Made by a program: the position numbers and the translations under genes | Assembly (NCBI GenBank): GCA_951406725.2 | Contig: OX597818.1 | Coordinates: 49,972,001 to 50,036,000, forward strand | Direction: 5' to 3' | Length of the DNA stretch: 64,000 nucleotides | Origin: Octopus vulgaris | Lineage: Eukaryota | Shown: piece by piece, positions 52,983-64,000 of the stretch | Numbering within the stretch: the stretch's first letter is position 1 | How the letters are laid out: each line of letters begins with the position of its first letter | Notes under the pieces: generated by a model | The model's database searches: none | What the model was told of the DNA's origin: nothing | Seen by the model: the letters and a program-made list of their open reading frames with translations, nothing else

Positions 52983-54259
52983 ATATACATAAGAATAGTA
53001 AAAATAGAATATATGATAACACCTATAATAAATGTAGAAGTGACGTTAACCTTGGAAAGGTGAACGGTAGCTCAAATAGATCTAAGCATACGGGTAATAG
53101 TAGTAATATTAATAATAATATACGAATTAAAACTTATGGTAGACATGATAATGGTAAAGTTTACTTGCGCAATAACCATGGTAATATTGATATAGATAGA
53201 TATAATAATAACAGTGGTAAGAATAGCAATCCTATGAGTTGGTCTACGAATAGGATTTTTACAAATAACATTAATTCTATAGGCAATCCTAATTCTGATA
53301 AGGATACTCTTTGGTTGATTATCCCGTATGCAATGCAGATTAAAACAAACATAGTGAGAGCTTTGCATAATGTTATTTTTAGGCATTTTGGTAAGGATAG
53401 GAATAAATTTAGTCCTTTAATTAACAACGGTACTGTTAGAGTGGGATATAGCATTACTCATAATCTAGCCACCATTATCTCCTCTTTTAATAACAAGAAA
53501 CTGGATCACTTCTATAAGGATAGAAAATTGAATTTAGACCAGGATAACTTGCCCCTCTTCATTAATAATACGAATATAAATTTTCTTGGAACAAATGGGA
53601 ACAACCTCCTTACTAATAATGAGTGCACTATACCTGTCAGAGATAATATAAATGTAATAGATCATACTACTACTACCAATACTAGTACTAGTGATAGAAA
53701 TATAGCCGATAATGTGAAATTAACTCATTCGTTGATTTTGGGTTTGGATGATGATAACAATTGTAACACTTATAATGTGAATAGTAGTATAGGGGTGGTG
53801 TCCAATCTTAGATTTCCTCATTCTGTTAATCTTTGTAATTGCAGAAATAAAAATAAATGTGTATTTGGTAATCAATGCCTCAGGAAGGAGGTAGTTTACC
53901 AATGCACTGTAGATACACAATTGAGTAGTAGGGTGTATATCGGTGCAACTATGAATAGCATAAAACAAAGATGGAATTATCACAGATATACTTTTAGGAA
54001 TAAAAATAGAATGTACTCTACAGGGCTAAGTGCATACATTTGGGAACTTAAAAGTAAGAACTTAGATTTTAGATTAAACTGGAAAATACTAACTTCAGCA
54101 CCTGTGTATAATGGAAAAAATAAAAATGCTCTCTATGTATTAATGAAATTTTCTTCATTATTAAAGCGGGTCGGCAAATTATTAACAACATTAATGAGAA
54201 AAACTTCTTTTGTATTCATAGGCTACCGTTCACCTTTTCTAGATTCAAATAGAACTTAG
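52983..54259 (+). pseudogene. Inverted second copy of the PLE linker/GIY-YIG coding region
   Basis: Same translation as the minus-strand copy until an A5 vs A6 run at ~54122 shifts the C-terminus out of frame. Confidence 0.9.
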
Positions 54260-55980
54260 CACTTCCACTATTATTAATTTTTTAATTCCCTTCTTTAACT
54301 AAATATACCTGTGGTCCTCTATAATTCTAAAGTATACAATTTATAAATTTCATAATTTTATAATTTTTATAGCTACATTTGTATAATAATTAATGGATGT
54401 GTCTAGTATTATTGGTTTCTTGATTTTTGTATGTGGGTTTTTGTTTGTTTTTTAAGAGAAATGCAATATGACATAAAATAGCATATTCATTTTGGTATTT
54501 GCCTTGTAATGTGTGATTTTTGAAGTTTTCCAATATTGCATAGTATATTGCATAGTATATATGTATTTCTTGGTTAGATACCTAGCTCTAGATAATGTAA
54601 TGATATTGTATAATATGTAATATATGAGAGCCTTTTGTGAGTTTGGTGGGTTTAGGTTGAGATTATAGCTTTTTTGTATGTGTTTATTTGGAAGGTTTTT
54701 ATTATATATTTGGTCTTTTTGTACTCACCTTAATTTGTATCTTATGCTATTCACTGATAAACCTTTTTCATTTTCTCATTTACATGCATTTTGCTTTATA
54801 TTTTTTACCAGCCTCATATATTTAGTTTATATCTATAGTCCTCTGGATCTGTACTTTAAACTATCCTTCCATACATATTTACTTTCAACAATATAAAATA
54901 TATATAAAATATATATATTCACTTTATTTATTTTTGTTTATTTCCCATTTTATTGTAATATTATCAATCTTTGCATCTAGTCTTCTATTCATTTATTTAT
55001 TTGCCTATTTAAGTGTAGATGTTTACATACATATCAAGTCATCTAATTTGTTACCTATTTATTTTTTACTTATTTACTTATACTGGTGTAGTTTTATACA
55101 TACATATCTATCATTTATTTGTATTTAATCTTAATAATATATGAATACATATATACTAGTTTGTACTTATAATTATGTGTATAACCGTATTTATTCCTTC
55201 GTATGTATTCCTTTTATTTATTTTATCTCTTTTCATCTTAAGTCTTTATAATATAAAATTTATTTAAAATTTCTGTGATGTTCTCATAAGCGTTTACATT
55301 AATACTTCCCCTTCTATTCTTTAATGCCTAAACTGGTATATTATGGCACTATATTTATTAAGTTAATAAGTGACTTATTTATAATATCTAAATTAATATA
55401 TATTTTATATTTTATATTTTATAATTTAGCGTACTTAAAATCATAACAAACTTACGATAAACCTAACAACCGTATGTTTACTCTGTAACAAACCGGTGTT
55501 ATAAATTTTAAGTTACCCATGAAATAATTATCTGAATTAGTAACATACTGATATTTAAAAATATATTTATATCTAAATTAAATATTTTATAGAATGCATG
55601 GATGGTTCTTTTTTTGTTATTAAGGCTCAGTTATAATTTTGAAGGACTAAATGTTAGCATAGTTGCTTCCCTTTTTTGTTTATCTAAGTGCTAGTTGTTG
55701 CTTGTAATTTTGTATGTGTATAAGTGTATGTATATACATATAACTATGTGTGTATGTGCGATTGATCTGTAGATGCGTGTGTGAATATTGGCGTTCCTTG
55801 ACTAACCAACCGTATAATTTTCTTTTGTGATTTAAATTTCAAACCAATAGCCAATCGAATTAATCTAAATTTTCTTTACCTAGTGGTCAGCATTTCTTAA
55901 CTCATAGTTATTTCGATCTTGAAAGGATGGACTTGGTGCTAACTTAACTGTATCTATTTTTAGTATTTTTATTATTATTA

Positions 55981-56039
<59 letters not shown>

Positions 56040-56379
56040 AGTAATTTTTATTAACTTTTATAGCTTTAGAATTTTATGAACTGTACCACGGATTTAATTA
56101 TTATTTTTCATCTCCATATGTGTTAGCCCTTTTTTTTATAAAAAAAACTATTAGCCAAATATGTATAATATCGGTACTTATTAATATTAATATATACACT
56201 GTTATATATTTTGTTTTATATTGTTCTGTTTACCTTCCTTTTTGTACAAATGTGTATTATATTATATAAGTGTAGCATTATGATGTATAAGTTTTTATAT
56301 TTTACATTTTTATATTTTTATATTTATATGTATATGATTATATAATATTTTTCACTATTATAACAAATTTAATTTAATT

Positions 56380-56487
56380 CTCTGAAGAGGCCGTGGGGCA
56401 TCCTTGTTAATGCCTCATTTATACCTGCCTTTATGGCTTATAGGTTAAATGAGGTATGACTGTCCTCACTGCCGAAACAGCTGTCAG
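56380..56487 (+). ncRNA. Type I hammerhead ribozyme motif in the PLE 3' region (extended stem II, palindromic stem III)
   Basis: CTGAAGA(56382)-GGC...GCC-GAAAC(56474)-AGCT-GTC(56485); stem II extended by TGCCTCATTT/AAATGAGGTA; stem I weak. Confidence 0.75.
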
Positions 56488-56863
56488 TTTTGATTTATTT
56501 GCATATTATATTTGAAATTTTACTTATATCTCTTTATCCTTTTACTTTTACTATTACTGTATATCTCATTTCATTTTATATATTGCCTTTACTCATATGT
56601 AATGGTGTATTAAAGTATGGATTGAGTATCATCGGATAGTTGATGTTTTACTGATTTAAGTATGTTTCTCCATTCTCTAATTTTGTAGTATTAATTTACG
56701 GTAATATTATTACCTTTACCCATTTAATACAATAGATGAACTGATTGCTTGACAATTTTTAACATCTATGTATTATTTTTGTTGGGTACCTATCTAGCAG
56801 TATATTGGATATATATTATCCCATGGTGGGTTGAATTTTCAACCCCTATCTCATTTTATAACC

Positions 56864-56897
<34 letters not shown>

Positions 56898-56898
56898 C

Positions 56899-57753
<855 letters not shown>

Positions 57754-58775
57754 ACATATGTATGTACCCATGTATGGGTTAACATAACAATATAATATAC
57801 ATTAAAATTGATTGGGTATATAGGCGCATGCGTACTTGAATGTATGGATGTTGTATGTGAGTATACAAAGGTGTATATGTATATACATATATATTTTTAT
57901 ATGTGTCTATACGCATACTCTTTTACTCTCACTCTTTTACTTGTTTCAGTCATTTGACTGCGGCCATGCTGGAGCACCGCCTTTAGTCGAGCAACTCGAC
58001 CCCAGGACTTATTCTTTGTAAGCCCAGTACTTATTCTATCGGTCTCTTTTGCCGAACCGCTAAGTGACGGGGACATAAACACACCAGCATCTGTTGTCAA
58101 GCGATGTTGTGGGGGACAAGCACAGATACACAAACATACACGCACACACACACATATATATATATATACATATATACGACGGGCTTCTTTCAGTTTCCGT
58201 CTACCAAATCCACTCACAAGGCTTTGGTCGGCCCGAGGGTATAGTAGAAGACACTTGCCCAAGGGACTGAACTCAGAACCATGTGGTTGGTAAGCAAGCA
58301 CTTACCACACAGCCACTCCTGCGCATATACATGTATATGGATGTTAATCACATACAGCTAGCTGGCATCATTTCTATCCTTATTCTATATACTGATTTAA
58401 ATATTCTCAGTTTAATATTATAAATTTGCTAAGTTACAAATTACACCCTCCCGTATCCTTCAATTCTAATTCCTACCCCCCAAAGTTAATATTACTTATC
58501 TCTTTTGGCTATTCATTATATTCCCCTTTATTTGATAACCCAAATAAGTATTGGCCACCCCTATCCTTCTTTCTTCCAGTTACCACCACTTCCTCATCAG
58601 AAATTTTCTTGCTACCAACCTTGCAATCTACCCTTTTATGTAGAGAAAGCTAGATATATTGTTCTAGTACATTGAGAATCAAGTAGATTATCTGACATTA
58701 ACTGATTTATCACCATTAACTAGAATACCGTTGACAACTCCCAATGGATTTAATTCTAAATGGTTGAAGACTACA

Positions 58776-59154
58776 TCTTTATATATAAAAGAGAGGTTGT
58801 GTGTCTGTCTCCAACGATTTAGATTCCTAACTACTCCCACATTTTGCGGTGCAGTTTAACCAAAACCAGGTATCTTATAGTCGTGATCGAGCCCTTCTGG
58901 GTATTAGCGCGCGTCTACGATTTTAAAAATAATTTACCATCATTTTTTCCCATTCTAATGCATTTTTTCGCTATTATATAAGGGAAGTAACTCTCTAAAA
59001 ATGTCTACGATGAGTCAACGATTTAAAAAAAAATTTACCATCATTTTTTTTCCATTTTTAATAATATTTTTGCTATTTTTTGGCTATAACTCTCTAAAAG
59101 TGCTTTATAGTTATTTCCCTTACAAACCCGAGCAACGCCGGGCGATACTGCTAG
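58776..59154 (+). mobile_element. Non-autonomous Helitron (same 3' end as the 9.5-kb copies)
   Basis: A|TCTTTATATATAAAA ... CCCGAGCAACGCCGGG..CTAG|T; inserted between A and T. Confidence 0.8.
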
Positions 59155-59397
59155 TACTACATAAAGTTTTCTAAATACAAGTAACTACGTCACCACTTTT
59201 TTAATCTTGATCCTCCCCCTCCCCACTATTCCCTCTGCTACTCTCTAAATTATAGTAGGCTTAACAAGGTATGTATTATTTTCTAAACTCATTCTACCAC
59301 AGTTATAGCAAAAGGAAACAATGTAAATATTTTGGTTTCCATTATTGATGTAAATTTGTTAAAAAATGGTTTATCCTTTGTGTTTGAAGTCTATGCG

Positions 59398-59484
59398 TTC
59401 ACCTGACGAGAACGGTTTCTTTCAAATTGATGCAATGTTTTCATTAATCAATTAAATGGAGCCACTTGAAACGGCCGTAATAAA
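59398..59484 (+). ncRNA. Degenerate type I hammerhead motif
   Basis: CTGACGA(59403)...GAAA-CGGCCG-TA(59479); long stem II; stem I mutated (TTCAC/ATAAA). Confidence 0.55.
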
Positions 59485-59799
59485 TTGATACATGTACATC
59501 TTTGTTACTTATTTATATTCTGTTCACCTAACTTGAGATCTGCTCTTCGGAAATACTATAGAAAGTACCTTTATAAAAGCACATGTCTGAATTACCAAGA
59601 TCGGATATTTTTTACATAGCTGGGTTGCGTTGTCTACACACACGACAGGAATATTGGGTACAAATACCCCTATACGGAATCTTGATATTCAATAGTCAGA
59701 TAATATTGTTGGGGTGTGCAGATTATACCGAACTAGCAAGGTGCCTCAGTCTAAGTACCTAATTCAACTACATCATTTTACATCACGATAAAAAAATCA

Positions 59800-60900
59800 A
59801 AACCGTCCAATGAACATTGTAGACAATATAACCTACCCACGAATTCCGAAGTTGCTGCGTTGGTTCCTGGTGATATTAAAGATCCTTTGGATGTCATCCT
59901 CCACTGTCAGAATACACCGTACAAATGTATTAACTCACTTCATCGGTCTTATGATCCGCTACAGTATGTCCTGTTGTTTCCAGAAGGAACTGGTGGCTGG
60001 CAGCTGAATTTGAAGAAAATCAAATGGACAGACATTGACAGCAATAGATTTCTATGCTTATCAGCTTCAAGTGAGAATAAATTCGGATAACCATATGATG
60101 CAATGCAGAAGGTTCTTGCAGCAATATGCAGTAGATCAATGGGCGAAAGTTGAACGAAGCAGGCTTCAGTGGGTTGAACGAAATCAAACTACGATAAAAG
60201 CAGAAGAGTATTCAGGATTGCTTGATGACATACATCAAAATGATTCAGTGACACCTGGGAGAAGAATCATTCTCCCACCGACCATCAAAGGGAGTCCAAG
60301 ATTTTACAATGAAGCCTTTCAAAGTGCCATGGGAAAGCCCAACTACTTTATTGCTTTCACGACAAATCCAAAGTGGCCAGAGATTCAGAGTACGTTATTT
60401 CCTGAGGACCGTTCCGACATTTTAGCTAGAGTGTTTAAAATGAAGCTCGATGCCCTTCTTGACGATCTTCTGAAAAAACATGTATTGGGGAAAGTTATCA
60501 CCCACACACCCACCACTGAATGGCAGAAACGTGGACTAACACATGCGCATATACTGCTTATAATGGCTCCTCAATACAAGCCTGCCGTGCCAGAAGTCAT
60601 CGACAAAGTAGTCAGTGCAGAAATTCCTGATAAAAATAAGAGTCCACAGTTATTCAAGGCCGTAATGGCGCACAATATACACGGTCCCTGTGGTTCTACT
60701 AACAAATCAAGTCCCTGTGTGTGGAAGTTGGTAAGGATGGAGCACATTGTACAAAGGATTTCTCGAAGCCGTTCCAGCATTCAGCCATCATCCCGAAAGA
60801 CAGCTACCCCACGTATCTAAGAAGAAGTCCATCAGACGGCGGGCTGACACATCAGAAGCTGCTCACACGTCAGGGTGAACAGATAGATTTTGTGGTGTAC
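59800..60900 (+). mobile_element. Helitron Rep/helicase fragment (HUH Rep domain), frameshifted and truncated by a SINE
   Basis: SYDPLQYVLLFPEG..GW, LQQYAVD, GRRIILP, FTTNPKWPEI, EWQKRGLTHAHILL, SAEIPD, HGPCG, YPTYLRR. Confidence 0.92.
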
Positions 60901-60901
60901 G

Positions 60902-61285
60902 GGAGGCGCAATGGCCCAGTGGTTAGGGCAGCGGACTCGCGGTCATAGGATCGCGGTTTCGATTCCCAGACCGGGCGTTGTGAGTGTTTATTGAGCGAAA
61001 ACACCTAAAAGCTCCACGAGACTCCGGCAGGGGATGGTGGTGATCCCTGCTGTACTCTTTCACCACAACTTTCTCTCACTCTTACTTCCTGTTTCTGTTG
61101 TACCTGTATTTCAAAGGGCCGGCCTTGTCACTCTCTGTGTCACGCTGAATATACCCCGAGAACTACGTTAAGGGTACACGTGTCTGTGGAGTGCTCAGCC
61201 ACTTACACGTTAATTTCACGAGCAGGCTGTTCCGTTGATTCGGATCAACCGGAACCCTCATCGTCGCAATCGACGGAGTGCTTCC
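60902..61285 (+). mobile_element. tRNA-derived SINE truncating the Helitron fragment
   Basis: Near-identical to 3786-4170. Confidence 0.9.
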
Positions 61286-62842
61286 AATTCCAATATCAAC
61301 ACGTCCTATTCTCTTCACTTCATTTGGCGTTTTACTTTGAGAACATGTTTATCCTCCTTTTCTGCTAGTCTTATGAAATTGAAAACTTCGTGAATGCTCG
61401 ATTTCAGATAATTTGAAAACTAGTTGTGGACAAACGGAGAATATTGTTTACAAACAGGTTTTGTAAAGACAGCACCATGAATGTGTTATGTAAATGTTTG
61501 CATATATATTGTTCAATAATGTACACTATATAGTTTGGTACTATCAAATATATATTTCTTTATTGCCCACAACGGGCTAAACACAGAGGGGACGAACAAG
61601 GACAGACAAACGGATTAAGTCGATTACATCAACCCCAGTGCGTAACTGGTACTTAATTTATCAACCCCAAAAGGATGAAAGGCAAAGTCGACCTCGGCTG
61701 AATTTGAACTCAGAACGCAACGGCAGACGAAATACGGCTACGCATTTCGTCCGGCGTGCTAACGTTTCTGCCAGCTCGCCGCCTTTGGTACTATCAAATA
61801 TAATGAATAAAAATAAGAACATTGCAACTTAAATTGTCTCGATCTGTACCCTGCTCTTATCACCCGTCGTAGATGTGTAAGTTTGCTAGTCCTATAAATT
61901 TAGTACAGAAGGCAATTTCATAAACTGTAGTTATACAATTATATATGCAGTTATACAATTACGTTTGCAGTGAGCAGAGTTATACACTATAAACTATATT
62001 ACGTCATATCAAAAGAGTCAGTTATGGCGGGGGGAGATGCCAGGGTGGGGCTCTCAACATTTGAACATTCCACATAAAATTGGCATTTAGTAATTCAAGT
62101 ATCAACATACTGCCCTTTCTAAGTGGTGCAAACTTCGCAGATTACTATTCGGAGATCTTAAAATAACTTGAATATCTGACTTTATGGAGAGGTGTCTTAG
62201 AGAGAAACATTCTTGTTTTCTGGCGTGTACAGTATATTGTGCCACTGTCAATACTGATGTCTGATTGGCTGCCAAAGGATAACATATGAACGAGAAAGGA
62301 AGGGGTGATGGCAAACTGGTAGTGGGAGCGTTTCAACCTTGTGTGAGTATATGTTTGTGTATGTAAAAGGGAGGTATGTGAATGTTTGTGTGTGTATGCA
62401 ATGGAAATGGGATGGTGAACATTCAACGCTAAAAAGAGAAATCAAACAGCGTTTCAACTCTGTGTGAGCATATGTGTGTATGTGTACAAGGGAAGTATGT
62501 GAATGTATGTGTGAACCAGCGTTCTTTCAGTAACAATCGATGATCGATGTCACATCTCAACTGAGAACCACTGGATAACATTGACAAGTGTATTAATTTG
62601 CTTCACCATCCATATCTATATATAAAACACTACAATTAGCCGTCATTTTTGACGACACGGGGGTCAGCTAATACTAATCTTCATCTCAATTGCTCAGTGT
62701 TTTATGTACAGTAAGACGGAGTCTGATGGTAAAGTTTTTACGAAGGGAACACTAGTGTAGCTTGAAAAAGAATGAAAGCCGTTGTGTCTTAACAGTTGTG
62801 ACATTACGAAAGAGTGTTGATTAGAAGGTATTAGGACATGAA

Positions 62843-63080
62843 AGGCGGCGAGCTGGCAGAAACGTTAGCACGTCGGGCGAAATGCTTAGCAGTATTTCGT
62901 TTGCCGTTACGTCCTGAGTTCAAATTCCGCTGAGGTCTACTTTGCCTTTCCTCCTTTCGGGGTCGATAAATTAAGTACCAGTTACGCACTGGGGTCGATA
63001 TAATCGACTTAATCCCTTTGTTTGTCCTTGTTTGTCCCCTCTATGTTTAGCCCCTTGTGGGTAGTAAAGAAATAGGTATT
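62843..63080 (+). mobile_element. Third SINE family (AAGGCGGCGAGCTGGCAGAA head). Other copies: ~4735-5150(-, x2), 13021-13260(-), 14477-14680, 14827-15030, 15058-15270, 25699-25933(-), 26072-26280, 29918-30130, 45818-46130, 46588-46815(-), 47210-47443(-), 61555-61785(-), 63082-63175, 63300-63515(-), 63708-63940(-)
   Basis: Highly repeated ~235-nt unit with B-box GAGTTCAAATTCC and core TTTGCCTTTCATCCTTTCGGGGTCGAT. Confidence 0.88.
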
Positions 63081-64000
63081 TAAGGCGGCGAGCTGGCAGA
63101 AACGTTAGCACGCCGGGTGAAATGCTTAGCGGTATTTCGTCTGCTGTTACGTTCTGAGTTCAAATTCCGCCGAGGACATGATCTGTCAAGTGGACGTTGC
63201 TTATTGCTGTAGTACGAAAATCAGAAGATTTACGCACCTGTAATGTGCACAAGATAAGCATTAACCAAAAGATTTGTTCGGATTCTTGTCCAACCACTAA
63301 TATTGGTTTCAAATTTTGGTACAAGGCCAGAAATTTCGGGTGATGAGGGGTAAGTCGATTACATCGATCTCAGTATTCTACTGGTACTTATTTAGTCGAC
63401 CTTGAAAGGATGAAAAGCAAAGTCTATCTCGGAGGAATTTAAACTAAGTCCATAAAGACGGACGAAATTCAAAGCATTTTGGCCGGCGTGCTAACGTTTC
63501 TGCCAGTTCGTTACCTTATCCCAACCCTAATATTGAATCCACCTTCCACTCTTGAGGTGGAATTCTTGAGTAAACTTCGCTCTTCGGAGTGCGTACAACG
63601 AAATCAGATGACATTGTCAAAGAAATCGTTTTACCCTCATTCGCTTATTTAGATAGACATAAATGCCTTATGGTATAATAAACAGAAAGTTCAACATGCA
63701 ACAGAAAATACCTATTTCTTTACTACCCATAGAGGGCTAAACACAGAGGGGACAAACAAGGACAGACAAACGGATTGAGTCGATTATATCGACCCCAGTA
63801 ACTGGTACTTATTTAATCGACCCCGAAAGGATGAAAGGCAAAGTCGACCTCGGCGGAATTTGAACTCAGAACGTAGCGGCAGACGAAATTCGGCTAGGCA
63901 TTTCACCCGGCGTGCAAATTTTCTGCCAGTTCGCTACCTTGTCCCAACCCTAAAATTGAATCCTTCTTCCACTCTTGAGGTGGAATTCTTGAGTAAACTT

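Larger units (their letters stand above)
48427..56863. mobile_element. Penelope-like retroelement (C-terminal GIY-YIG, probably Hydra clade), inserted as a head-to-head inverted pair of 5'-truncated copies in (TA)n
   Basis: Arms 48427-52139 and 52983-56684 are reverse complements; spacer 52140-52982 encodes RT; (TA)n flanks on both sides; hammerhead motifs near both 3' ends. Confidence 0.93.

Noticed and set aside
48427-56684. Palindrome as a pure assembly fold-back artefact
   Set aside because: The arms differ by several substitutions and a ~13-nt indel (~50335 vs ~54770), the spacer is unique RT sequence, and only one arm has the terminal tail, matching known PLE geometry; read-level confirmation is still needed
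58560-58601. Minus-strand CTGATGA...GAAA as a hammerhead
   Set aside because: No stem II, III or I pairing

Overview
AT-rich, microsatellite- and SINE-dense eukaryotic DNA. The tRNA-Arg-headed and related SINE families suggest an octopus (coleoid) genome; this is an inference from recalled repeat families. One host gene can be reconstructed by hand and is missing from the ORF track: a 4-exon, 138-aa Ly6/uPAR three-finger protein (quiver/sleepless-like; signal peptide, 10 Cys, GPI-type tail) at 16761-29563 (+). The rest is mostly mobile DNA: RTE, Tx1/L1, CR1 and Penelope-like fragments, mariner relics, Helitrons (a Rep fragment and non-autonomous copies), MITEs and dozens of SINEs. The most striking structure is a very young ~8.3-kb palindromic Penelope-like retroelement (PLE) at 48427-56863. 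It has two near-identical 3.7-kb arms around an RT-coding spacer, a GIY-YIG ORF with Asn-rich inserts in each arm, and a type I hammerhead ribozyme motif near each outer end, all inserted in (TA)n. Several small fold-back relics and hammerhead motifs of unrelated sequence recur across the window, mostly in or next to (TA)n tracts (1.8, 2.2, 11.9, 29.0, 30.3, 34.0, 34.8, 57.1, 59.4 kb). One apparently intact hammerhead is sense-oriented downstream of the Ly6 gene. A 137-bp tandem repeat with a strand-specific RNA fold (43073-43610) remains unexplained.
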